This document shows, one piece after another, positions 26,569-36,622 of a stretch of 64,000 nucleotides of DNA (its first letter is position 1; the number at the start of each line of letters is the position of its first letter). Origin of the DNA: an uncultured Solirubrobacterales bacterium (GTDB lineage: Bacteria > Actinomycetota > Thermoleophilia > Solirubrobacterales > Solirubrobacteraceae). Made by a program: the position numbers and the translations under genes. Below the pieces are notes generated by a model. That model saw only the letters and a list, made by a program, of their open reading frames with translations, had not been told where the DNA came from and did no database searches. The DNA is taken from the NCBI GenBank assembly GCA_963764655.1, contig CAVXTI010000001.1, positions 1,761,477 to 1,825,476 of the forward strand, read 5' to 3'.

Positions 26569-27775
26569 TCAGGAGCGCCGCGGCACGCGTCCTCCGCGCG
26601 CGCCGTCCTCGGAGGCGGGGCCGCGCGCGGAGGAGATTCCGAGCACGCGCATCGCCTTCAGGCCGAGGCTGAGCTTCTCGCGACCGTCGCTGGAGCTGAC
26701 GTCGAGGCCGGTCAGCTCGCGCATGCGCTCCAGGCGGTAGTAGATCGTGTGCCTGTGCGTGAACAGGCGCTGGGCGGTGCCGGCCACGTTGCCGTCGGCC
26801 TCCAAGAACGTCTCCAGCGTCTGCAGCAGCTCGGTCTCGTACTGCTCGTCGTAGGCCACGAGCGGCTCGACGGTCTCGGCGTAGAAGCGCTGCAGCTCGC
26901 TCGGGTTCTCGGTCATCGCGCCGAGCAGCAGGCGATAGGCGCCGGTCTGCTCGAAGGCCAGCAGCGCCCCCTCGGGCGTGCTGCCCTCGGCGACGTTGGC
27001 GGCCAGCAGCGCCTCGCCGGCCGCGCGCGGCAGCTCGCCGGGGTCCGTCGGCGATGCGGCTGCGCCCGAGCGCGAACGTGTAGCCGGCCAGTGCGCTTTC
27101 CAGCTCGCGCAGCACGGCCTCCGCGGCGCGCGAGGCGAGCGCCTCCTCGCTGCCGGGGACGAGCAGCAGGATCTCGACGCCGGCCGCGCCGTCGCGCTCG
27201 GAGAGCGCCGCGAGCGAGCGGCCCACCACCGCGCGCGCCCCGCGCTCGACGACCGCGCGCGCGCGGGCGCGCCAGCCCTCCTCGGTCGGCGCCTGCGGGT
27301 GGGCGCGAGCGACGATCACGCTCGCCCCGTCCCGCAGGTCGAGCGACAGCTCGGCGGCGCGCGCCAGCAGCTCCTCGCGCGGGGCCTGCTTGCGCCCGAG
27401 CGCCAGGCGCAGGAAGTCTGCGGCGGCGCTCTCCGAGGCGATGTCCGGGGCGCGCACGCGCTCCACCTCCGAGGCGATCATCGTGACGAGCAGCCGCCGC
27501 ACGAGCGGGCTCGGCTCGGCTCGGGCGCGCATGTGCAGCGATCCGACGACCGCGTCGGCGACCCGCAGCGGCACGCTCGTCACGCCGTCGCCGCCCGCGA
27601 GCAGCGAGCGCTCGTCGGCGCTGGAGCGCGCGGCGACGGCGATCGTGGCGCCCGCGGCGTCGGTCACCGCGAGGCTCGCGTCGAGCGCGCGCGAGGCGGC
27701 GCGCACGACCTCGGGCAGGCCCGCCCCGGACTCGACCGCCTCGGTGACGGCATCGAGCCCGACGAGCTCAGACAC
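26569..27775 (-). CDS. PucR/CdaR-family transcriptional regulator (frameshift ~27045)
   Basis: GAF-like N-terminus; LLQTLETFL..GNVAGTAQRLFTHRHTIYYRL. Confidence 0.88.
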
Positions 27776-27798
27776 CGGACATGGAGGTGGCGCTCAAC

Positions 27799-28040
27799 TC
27801 AGCCCCAGAAGTAGACGACGAGGAGCGCACCGAGCACACCGGCGCCGGCGAACACGGCCAGCACGTACAGCGACAGGACGGTCGCCGCCACGCGCTCCCA
27901 AGCGCGCGAGTACGAGCTCCAGGCCGGCACGAGAATCAGACCGACGTACAGCGCCAACCCGAACACGCCGGCACACGCGGCTACGAGATCGGTGATGGCG
28001 GTGGTGCTGATGGCGCTCCCTGGCGTGCGGTCTCGAGCAT
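27799..28040 (-). CDS. Small membrane protein, absent from the ORF track (one-base frameshift near start)
   Basis: Frame reads ISTTAITDLVAACAGVFGLALYVGLILVPAWSSYSRAWERVAATVLSLYVLAVFAGAGVLGALLVVYFWG*; ATG 28040 joins if one G is added to the GGG run. Confidence 0.65.
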
Positions 28041-28125
28041 CGAGTCTGTCTACGAACCAGCATTGTTACGTACAGCGCCGCCGGACACCCGCGCGAAGCC
28101 CGCGTGCCGCTGCCCGCGGTGGCCC

Positions 28126-29046
28126 TTAGACGCCGCGCGCCTGAGCGAAGCTCGCGTCCACCGAGACGGCCGCCGCGGCCGCCGGCTCGCGTCCCGCCAG
28201 GCCCGCCGCGGCCCGCCGCGCCCGCGCGAGGCCATTCGCGCGCGCGAACACGCCTACGACGGTCGGGCCCGAGCCGCTCACGAACGCGACCTCCGCGCCC
28301 GCCTCGCGCGCTTGCGCGAGCGCGCGCTCGATCTCCGGGCACAGCGCCACGGCCGCCGCCTGCAGGTCGTTGTGCAGCAGGTCCGCCTTGGCGGGCAGCG
28401 CGGCGCCCAGCTCGAGCGCCACGCGCAACGCGTCGCGACGGTCCCGCAGGAAGAACGCATCGCGGGCGAGCCCCAAACGGTCGAAGGCTGCGTAGACGTC
28501 GGCGGTCGACAGCTCCGCGGCGCCCGCCAGGACCAGCACACCGAGTGGCGAGACGGGATCCGGGAGCTTGCCGAGCAGCTCGCCGGCCCCCGTCGCAAGC
28601 CAGCGCCCTGGCGTCACCTGCGCGGGCACGTCGGCGCCGAGCTGGGCAGCGAGCACGTGCAGCAAATCCATATCCCCCAACCCCGAGGCCGCGTGCGCGA
28701 GGCGCAGCGTGGCGGCCGCGTCGGCCGAGCCGCCCCCAAGCCCGGCGGCGACCGGCATGCGCTTGTCGATCGTCAGGCGCAGCGGCTCGCCGTCCCAGCC
28801 GGTCGCCTCGCGGAACAGCCGCAGCGCGCGCGCCGCGAGGTTCTCGCCCGCGACCCCCGCGCACACGACCTCGTCATGCGCGGCGCCCGGGGCGGCTTCC
28901 AGCGTCAGCTCGTCGGCGAGCGAGATCGACTGCATGACAGTCGCAAGCTCGTGCCGGCCGTCCGCTCGCCTGGGCCCCACGAACAGGCCCAGGTTGATCT
29001 TGGCCGGGGCCAGCGCGCGCAGGGGAAGGGGCTCGGGCGCGCTCAC
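28126..29046 (-). CDS. ispE: 4-diphosphocytidyl-2-C-methyl-D-erythritol kinase
   Basis: APAKINLGL, PVAAGLGGGSADAAA, VSGSGPT. Confidence 0.95.
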   Translation of the reverse strand: MSAPEPLPLRALAPAKINLGLFVGPRRADGRHELATVMQSISLADELTLEAAPGAAHDEVVCAGVAGENLAARALRLFREATGWDGEPLRLTIDKRMPVAAGLGGGSADAAATLRLAHAASGLGDMDLLHVLAAQLGADVPAQVTPGRWLATGAGELLGKLPDPVSPLGVLVLAGAAELSTADVYAAFDRLGLARDAFFLRDRRDALRVALELGAALPAKADLLHNDLQAAAVALCPEIERALAQAREAGAEVAFVSGSGPTVVGVFARANGLARARRAAAGLAGREPAAAAAVSVDASFAQARGV

Positions 29047-29940
29047 GCGATGCCGAGCTTATCCGCGAGCGCGCTGAAGTCCCGGGCGCGAGCCGCTCGG
29101 CGCGCACGTCCTCGGGGTGGCCGAGCTGCGCCAGCGCCGCCCGCGTGTGCGCGCGCGAGGCGCCTTGCGCGCGCCCGGACAGCTCCAGCGAGCCCGCGAG
29201 CGTCTTGCGGCGGTGCGCGAACGCGCCGCCCACGAGCGCGCGCACGCCCGCGCTCGGCGCCGGCGCCGTGCGGCGCATGCCGACGAGCACCGAGTCGACG
29301 TTCGGGACGGGATGGAACACGGCGCGCGGGATCGCCCGCACCACCCGCACCTCGCACGCGAGCTGCGCGATCACCGACGGCGCGCCGTAGGCGCCGCTGC
29401 CGGGCGCGGCGGCGAGCCGCTCGCCGACCTCCTTCTGCGACCATCGCCACCCACAGCTCGACGCCTGGCAACTCCTCGATCGTGCGCAGCAGCGCGCCCG
29501 CGGCGACGCCGTAGGGAAGGTTCGCCACGACCTTGGTCGGCGTCGGCGACAGCCCCGCGAGGTCCATGCGCATCACGTCCTCCCAGTGCACGCTCACGTT
29601 TGCGTGCCCGGCGGTGGCGTCGAGCAGCGGCTCGCGCAGGCGCTCGTCGATCTCGACGACGTGCACGTGCGCTGTGCGCGCGGCCAGATGCTCAGAGAGG
29701 ACGCCCAGGCCTCCCCCGATCTCAAGCACGACGTCCTCGTGGCCGCGACTCCGCCGCCCGCTCGATCACCCCGAGGATGTTCGAGTCGATCAGGAAGTTC
29801 TGGCCCAGCTCACGGTCGGGCCTGACCCCGAACTGGCGCATGCGCCGCAGGCTCGGCTGGGCGGGCCGATCCTCACCGCCTGTCGTGGTGGGGCGCTCGC
29901 GGCCTGGCGAGGGGTCGGCCAAGGTCGGCTCGCTCCTCAC
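29043..29940 (-). CDS. rsmA: 16S rRNA m6,2A methyltransferase (several frameshifts)
   Basis: LGQNFLID, LEIGGGLG, VANLPY, FHPVPNVDS, FAHRRKTL across frames. Confidence 0.92.
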
Positions 29941-30686
29941 CAGCCGAACACGCGTGCGGCGTTGCGCTCCACGGTGGCGCCCAGCTCGTCCACCGACACG
30001 CCGCGCAGCTCGGCGATGAACGCGGCCGTGTGCACCACGAACGCGGGCTGGTTGCGGTGCTTGCGACCGCTTGGGGCGTGAGGTAGGGCGCGTCGGTCTC
30101 GACGAGCAGGCGCTCGTCCGGCACCACGCGCGCGGCCTCGGCCAGGTCGGCGGCGCTCTTGTAGGTGACGTTGCCGGCGAAGGAGATCGTGTAGCCGCGC
30201 TCGAGGCACTCCCGCAGCCGGTCGGGCATCGAGAAGCAGTGCATGACGACGCTCACACCCTCGGCCTCGGCGGCGAGCGATCGCGAGCGTGTCCTCGTCG
30301 GCGTCTCTTGTATGGATGATGAGGGGCGTGCCCGTGGAGCGTGCGAGGGCGATCTGTGCCCTGAACGCGCGCTCCTGGTCGTCCCTGGCGGCGTGCTCGC
30401 GGTAGTAGTCGAGCCCCGTCTCGCCGATCGCGACGCAGCGCGGGTGCGCCGCCAGCGCTTGCAGCTCGGCCAGGTCGGCGTCGTCGAAGCCGCGCGCCTC
30501 GTTGGGGTGACGGCCGATCGCCGCATACACCTGGGGGAACGCCTCGGCCGCCGCGAGCGCGGCGCGGCACGAGACGCTGTTGGTGCCGACGGTGAGCAGC
30601 TTCACGACGCCCGCCGCCACCGCGCGCTCGACGAGCTCGGCGTCTGGCTCTTCGCACAGGTGCAGGTGGGTGTGGCTGTCGATCAC
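29937..30686 (-). CDS. tatD: TatD-family hydrolase (frameshifted)
   Basis: IDSHTHL, GRHP, IGETGLDY, IIHTRD, ETDAPYL. Confidence 0.92.
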   Translation of the reverse strand: MIDSHTHLHLCEEPDAELVERAVAAGVVKLLTVGTNSVSCRAALAAAEAFPQVYAAIGRHPNEARGFDDADLAELQALAAHPRCVAIGETGLDYYREHAARDDQERAFRAQIALARSTGTPLIIHTRDADEDTLAIARRRGRGCERRHALLLDARPAAGVPRARLHDLLRRQRHLQERRRPGRGRARGAGRAPARRDRRALPHAPSGRKHRNQPAFVVHTAAFIAELRGVSVDELGATVERNAARVFGW

Positions 30687-30729
30687 GCGCTCAGGTGAGG
30701 TGGGTGTCGTCGTCGATCAGGCGCTCAGG
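30664..30729. repeat. Degenerate 32-bp tandem duplication of the metG-stop/tatD-start junction
   Basis: 30664-30695 vs 30698-30729, 28/32 identical. Confidence 0.85.
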
Positions 30730-32284
30730 GATATTCGTGGGAGTCCTCGGGCAAGACCTTTGGGAACAGCGGCGTCAGCGCCTCCACCGTCCGCGCCGCC
30801 CCCGCACCGAAAGCGGCCCCCGCAAGCGACAGGCCGGGCGCGCCGAGCGCGGCGAGCAAGCTGCTCGGTCGCGTCGGGCAGGTAGGGGTGCAAGAGCACC
30901 GAGACGACCCGCAGCCCCTCGGCGAGCGTGGCGCAGCACGCGATCGAGATCCTCCGCGGCGCGCCGGGTCCTTCGCCAGCTGCCACGGCGCCTGCTCCTC
31001 GACGTAGCGGTTGAGCCGGCGCACCCGCTGCCAGATCTCATCGAGCGCGCTCGTCAGCTCGACGCCGTCGAGCAGAGCCGCTCACGCGCTCGCCGCAAGC
31101 CGTCGAAGTCCTCGGCCAGCTCGCGGTCCAGGTCACCGCCGACGGCGCCGTCGCGATAGCGCACGATCATCGCGAGTCGTGCGGCTCGCGAGGTTGCCGT
31201 AGTCGTTGGCCAGCTCTGACTCGTAGCGCTGCTCGAAGGCGGCGGTCGAGACCGACCCGTCCTGGCCGAAGGGCACGTCGCGCAGCAGGTAGAAGCGCAA
31301 CGCGTCGGCGCCGAAGCGGTCGATCACCTCGAACGGGTCGAGCACGTTGCCGAGCGACTTGCTCATCTTCTCGCCGTCCATCAGCAGGTAGCCGTGCACG
31401 AACACGCGCTTCGGCAGCTCGATCCCGGCGGCCATCAGCAGCGCCGGCCAGTAGACGGTGTGGAAGCGCAGGATGTCCTTGGCGATCAGGTGGACATCGG
31501 CGGGCCAGAACGTGAGGTGTCGAAGCTGCCCGCGCGTGGGCGCTCTCACGACGCCTCGCCGGGCGCGGGCGCGTAGGACAGCGCCGAGTAGTAGTTGAGC
31601 AGCGCGTCGAACCACACGTAGAAGACGTGCTCGGGGTCCCACGGCACGGGCACTCCCCAGGTCAGCTTGTGGCGCGAGAGCGGCACGTCGCGCAGCCCCG
31701 ACTTGACGAACGAGAGCGCCTCGTTGTAGCGGCTCTTGGGCGCGACGAAGTCCGGGTGCTCGGCGTAGAGCCGTTCCAGCGGCTCCTGGAAGGAGGACAG
31801 CGCGAAGAAGTAGTTGTCCTCCTGCTCGCGCGTGAGCTTGACGTGGTGGATCGGGCACAGCTCGCCCTCGTCGACTTCGTTCTCGGCCTTGAAGTCGGCG
31901 CACTTGGGGCAGTACCAGCCCTCGTAGGTGCCCATGTAGACGTGCCCGTTGTCGCGCACCTTGGTGAGGACCTCCTGCACGACCTGCCATGTGCTCGGGG
32001 TCGGTCGTCCTGATGAAGAAGTCGTTCGTCGCCTCGATCCGCGGCGCCAGCGCCCTGAAGCGCTCGGAGTTGCGGTCGGCCAGCTCCTGCGGCTCGACGC
32101 CGAGCGCGTGCGCCGCGTCGGCGACCGGCTCGCCGTGCTCGTCGGTGCCGGTGAGGAAGAACACGTCCTCGCCGCGCTGGCGGTGGTGGCGCGCGAGGAC
32201 GTCGGCGGCGATCGTCGTGTACGCGTGCCCCAGGTGCGGGGCCGCGTTGACGTAGTAGATCGGGGTGGTCACATAGAACGACAC
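30725..32284 (-). CDS. metG: Methionyl-tRNA synthetase (several frameshifts)
   Basis: [47 protein letters not shown]. Confidence 0.95.
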
Positions 32285-32291
32285 GATCCTC

Positions 32292-33357
32292 TCAGGCTAC
32301 CGGCGGACCGCGACGAAGAACGGCGCGGCGGCCTCTCAGGCGCGTGTTGCGAGTCTTGCGATCGTGTCGTGTACCTGTCTTTTCCGGTGGTGGTGAGCGT
32401 CCAGGCGTTGGCTCTCCGCGGAGTGGGTTTCCGCCTTGGTTCTCGATCAGGCCGAGGCTTGTGCAGGCGTGCGAGTAGCTTCGAGGCTTGGCCTTGGTCG
32501 CCGATCCCGGCGTGCTCGCCGACGGCGCGGTTTGAGGGTGGGTGCCTCTGCGACCGGCGATGGAGGCAGACGCGCATCGTGCGGTAGGTGAGGCGCATCG
32601 GCAGATCCTGCAGGGGGTCGCTGTGCACGATGGGACGCTTCGCGGAGCGCTCTTAGGGGTTGGCCGTTCGATCTCCTTGCGCGCGGCGGCCCGGCCCAGG
32701 TAGGGCAGCACGATCATTCCCATCAACGGACCGACGAGGTCCAGCAGGCTGTCGGGGTCTTTTCGGTTAGGCGTGCGTGCAGGACGGAGAGGACGCCGCC
32801 GACGATCCCCTCGGCGGTCAACACTGGCGGGCCGATCCCGGTCTTGCCTTCGGTATGACCCTGCTCGAGTATGGGGATGATTTGCGCGAGCACGTTCTGG
32901 CGTCGCTCGAGCGCGCTTGCGGGCCTCCTGCGAGGCTCTCGACGATAAGCAGGCGACCAGTAGCGAGATCGCACTCCAACGCCTCCGACAGGGCGATCAG
33001 ACGCGGCTCGTATCCTTCGCCCTCCACGACCCGGACTGCTCATACGCGGGTATGACGATCGTCGCCACACCTCTCAGCGCGTCGTCGAGCGCTGGCGAGG
33101 AAGCAATCCTCGCGATCGTCGAAGATCTCATAGAACGTGCGCCGCGACACACCCGAGCGCGCGACCACGTGCGCGACGGACACGTTCGCGCCGCCACGCT
33201 CAGAGATCTCTTGGACCATCGCGGTGAGTATCCGTGCACGTTGGAGCTCGGCGACCTGCTCACGACCTACACCATTAGTGCCGGGTTCACTTGTCCCCGG
33301 ATGGGGGAGCCCGACGGCCGCCGCCCCCTCAGACGACGCCCTTCGTTTCGCAGCCAT
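32292..33357 (-). CDS. TetR/AcrR-family regulator with an extra C-terminal winged-HTH domain (several frameshifts; error or pseudogene)
   Basis: QRARILTAM...[26 protein letters not shown]; C-terminal MRLTYRT...[29 protein letters not shown]...NAWTLT; ATG 1 nt after the upstream TAA. Confidence 0.75.
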
Positions 33358-33358
33358 G

Positions 33359-36300
33359 TTATTTCTTCCCGTGCGTGCTCCCCTTGCGGTGATGCTTGCC
33401 CGCCTTCTTCGCCCCGGTCTTGTGCTTAGGACAGCCTGTAACGGCGATCGGGGTGCTCTGCTTGATCGTCGCGCCGTTCTGCGCCGTGAACGCCGTCGGC
33501 ATCCTCAACGTCGTCTTGCACAGGTTCCCCGTCGCCGCGAGCGTCGAGAACTTGCCTTGGGGCAAGGTCAGTTCGAACGTGCCGACCGGAGCGTCCGGGA
33601 TCGTGCGGAACGTGCTGCTCGTGACCCCCGCCTTGCTGATGAACGTTTCCGCGTGCAACTGGATCGTCGTGCCATAACCCGACAAGACGATCACCAGTTC
33701 AGGGAATTTCAAGCCCGCATGCGAGACGAAATACACGGGACCAGTCAACGGGACCGGCAACAACGGCGTCGTCGCATTCGCTTCGCCGATCCGCGATTCC
33801 GGGCCACAAGCCGCAGGGTTCGCGTCGAACGTGCTGTCAGGACACGCCCTCTGCAACGTCGTCAACCGCGACGGCAACTGCTTGGGCAGATCGACCTTGA
33901 CCTTGCCGATATTCGCCTGCGACCCGAACGCTGCTTTGGGATAGGCGAGCCTCACGTGCAAGCTAGCACCGTTCGAGCGCGACGTTCTCCCGTTGGTAGA
34001 GACCTTGAAATCAGGTCTGAAACCCAGGGTCGCACAGTTGGTCACCTGGAACGGCACCGACAATCCCGACACGGCCCCTTCGGTGCTCAACAAGCTCCCC
34101 GTGATGCTCATCGGGTCGCAGTTAGTCGGATTGAACGTGAACCCAGGCCTGTTCACCAGCACGTTCACGTGCTGTATCTCCAAGGGGATCCCATCCAGGA
34201 TCGTGGGGATCTTGTACGGGCCCGTGCTATCGCTCGTGATCGTCAACGCAGCCGTCAAGGGATCCACTTCGATCCTCGCACGGACGACCACGCAATCACA
34301 CGGCGTGTCCTTCTCCAGATCGTACGGGCCCGCCTTCGCCGGGTTCACGATCGACAAGCCGTACGGAGCACCCTCATACGGACCAGTGACAAACACTTTG
34401 CCGCCCCTCACGCTGAACGGGCTGCCACCCAAGCCGACCGAGACGATCGTTTCGCCGATTTCGCTCTCAGGACCACACAACCCCTGATCGGCCTGCGGTT
34501 CACCGCACAGCTTCACGCTCGACAGCAACCCAGAGAGGCCCGGGGGCATGTGCAGGCTGATCGCCCGCAAGCTCTGCTGACCATCCTCGCGACTCATCGT
34601 CATCGTGAACGGCGTGAACGCACCAGCCTGAATGTTCGTCGCACCAGCAGTCAATTCCGGATGGAACCCCAACGGGCTCTCACACGCACTCCCGTCAGGA
34701 CCCGAGAGGATCTGGAATTCAGAAGACGGTTCAGCCGGACTATTACCCGACCACGGCGCGATAGCAGTCCGGGTCGTATAGCTCCCGCACGACGCCGGCG
34801 TCCCAAGCGGCGCCCGAGACCCACCGAAGAAATGCAGGGTCAAGTCTTCGAACGGCAATTGCGGCGTGTCCTTGAACGTCGAGACTATCTGCCCCGTCAC
34901 AGGATCAGGTGTCACTTCACCCGCGACCTTCACAAGCGTCCCCGACACAGGATCCTGCGCCACGATATAAAGCGCCACGAGCGAACCAAACGGATTCGCG
35001 TTCTGCGCCGCCAAATACACAGCACCCGTCAACAGGTTAGGCAACAACGGCGTCTTGATTTCAACCGTCCCCACCTTCGACGCTTCAGGACACGACGGGA
35101 ACACATCCTGCGACAGTGCGATCTGCTCTTCAGAGCACGCCTCCAAACCATCAGCCGCAGCCGGATTGAGCGCCACCCCAGCAGGCAACGCAACAGTCGT
35201 ATCCCTCACGTTAGCCTCAGCCAACCCCGTCGCGTTCAAAATCGAATCCTGCGGCACATGAATACCAACCGACAGCCCCGTCGGACTGCTACCAGCCGGT
35301 CCATCCGGCGCGACGCTGATCGAGGGCGCGAACGGCAAACGGTTGCACCCATCGAGCGCGGACTCGAACGACGGCGCAATCGGCACGGTGAACACGCCCT
35401 TCTGTGCCCACGAGTCGGTCTGCATCGTCGTCTGCAACGCTCCCGTGCACGACGTCGGCAACGACAAGAACGGCGGCGGACCAGACTGCGCCAGCGCCTT
35501 ACACGGACCCACCACTTCTCCTGCGACCTGACCCCATATCCCGCCGTTGATGCACTGCCATCCACGAGCGGGATCATGGATCGGATCGCCAGGGACACCC
35601 CAGAACGTGACCTGGCTCGAGACGAACGAGGAGATCTGCGTGATGTTGTTCACACTGACCGTCACTCCGTAATCGCCGCCCGTGCGCACAGAAGTATCAA
35701 GAACCACATTGGCGATGAGCGTGGTGAAGCCGAAGCGCGCCGGCTCACCGACACTCGGCTTCAAGTTGAACACCGGCGAGCTGATCGTCGTCAACCCCGT
35801 CAAGTTCGGTTCGTAGATAGTGATCGACGCTACACCCACGGCCGCTTCCGCCGGGCACTTGTCCACCAAATCTATCAGTCTAGTGAAGTCAGTGTCTGAG
35901 CATTGCGGGAAAGGCTTGGGGTTTCCTACCAGTCCCGGGGGAAGGTTGAAATGAAGATCCTTGGGCAACGCCGGTTGATACGGCGCCTTAGCCGTACGAT
36001 TCAAATCCAATGTCGTCGTCAACGCGTACGGGTGCGAACCAGCCTGCGTATCCAGCGAGCCGTTCTCGTTGTACGCCGTCAATTCGTAATTTTCCACACC
36101 ATAAGGCGTCGGTTCCCCACTCACAACGATCGGACGCTTCAAAGCTACTCCCGCAGTGCCACCGCCCGCGACGACCATTTCATTGGCTTCCCCAGATTTC
36201 GCACTGGAGAGCACTTCAACAGAGATTTCCGTTTCGACTTGTTCATACGATGGCAGCTGACCTTCAAACGTGCATTCCACCAGCGACCCCGACACCACCG

Positions 36301-36622
36301 CACACGGCACCGCATCACGCAATTCGAGGATCCCCCCAACACCACCCGTTCTACCAGCAGCGGACTTCGCGACCAGACCAGCAGGCAGCTTGTCGCGCAA
36401 CGTCACCTTCCCGCTCGCACCGTTGATTTCCCCGTCGCCGAGGTTCGACGCGACCACCACCAGCTTCCCGCTCCCGCCCGGCGGCAAGTTCGTCGGCACA
36501 GACACCGAATCGAGCTTCCACCACGGTACAGCCGCACCCGCGACCCCCGCGAACATCATGCACGCCACGCCCGTCACGACCATGCAACCAAGGATCCTCT
36601 TCATCGAACGCATGCCGATCAC
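33359..36622 (-). CDS. Large secreted protein (~1087 aa) with four Cys-paired internal repeats and a basic C-terminal tail
   Basis: Signal peptide MRSMKRILGCMVVTGVACMMFAGVAGA; repeats carrying LP(P/A/K) and C(P/G)xx(A/S)x(V/I)G; tail VTGCPKHKTGAKKAGKHHRKG; GTG overlaps upstream TGA. Confidence 0.85.
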   Translation of the reverse strand: MIGMRSMKRILGCMVVTGVACMMFAGVAGAAVPWWKLDSVSVPTNLPPGGSGKLVVVASNLGDGEINGASGKVTLRDKLPAGLVAKSAAGRTGGVGGILELRDAVPCAVVSGSLVECTFEGQLPSYEQVETEISVEVLSSAKSGEANEMVVAGGGTAGVALKRPIVVSGEPTPYGVENYELTAYNENGSLDTQAGSHPYALTTTLDLNRTAKAPYQPALPKDLHFNLPPGLVGNPKPFPQCSDTDFTRLIDLVDKCPAEAAVGVASITIYEPNLTGLTTISSPVFNLKPSVGEPARFGFTTLIANVVLDTSVRTGGDYGVTVSVNNITQISSFVSSQVTFWGVPGDPIHDPARGWQCINGGIWGQVAGEVVGPCKALAQSGPPPFLSLPTSCTGALQTTMQTDSWAQKGVFTVPIAPSFESALDGCNRLPFAPSISVAPDGPAGSSPTGLSVGIHVPQDSILNATGLAEANVRDTTVALPAGVALNPAAADGLEACSEEQIALSQDVFPSCPEASKVGTVEIKTPLLPNLLTGAVYLAAQNANPFGSLVALYIVAQDPVSGTLVKVAGEVTPDPVTGQIVSTFKDTPQLPFEDLTLHFFGGSRAPLGTPASCGSYTTRTAIAPWSGNSPAEPSSEFQILSGPDGSACESPLGFHPELTAGATNIQAGAFTPFTMTMSREDGQQSLRAISLHMPPGLSGLLSSVKLCGEPQADQGLCGPESEIGETIVSVGLGGSPFSVRGGKVFVTGPYEGAPYGLSIVNPAKAGPYDLEKDTPCDCVVVRARIEVDPLTAALTITSDSTGPYKIPTILDGIPLEIQHVNVLVNRPGFTFNPTNCDPMSITGSLLSTEGAVSGLSVPFQVTNCATLGFRPDFKVSTNGRTSRSNGASLHVRLAYPKAAFGSQANIGKVKVDLPKQLPSRLTTLQRACPDSTFDANPAACGPESRIGEANATTPLLPVPLTGPVYFVSHAGLKFPELVIVLSGYGTTIQLHAETFISKAGVTSSTFRTIPDAPVGTFELTLPQGKFSTLAATGNLCKTTLRMPTAFTAQNGATIKQSTPIAVTGCPKHKTGAKKAGKHHRKGSTHGKK

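Noticed and set aside
29860-29945. Fourth start-duplication at rsmA (GGTGAGGA twice)
   Set aside because: Only ~8-10 matching bases; cannot be distinguished from chance
33137-35899. 920-aa + strand ORF
   Set aside because: Arg-rich antisense shadow of the real minus-strand gene, expected at high GC; the same applies to 21568-23298, 27781-29514 and similar ORFs
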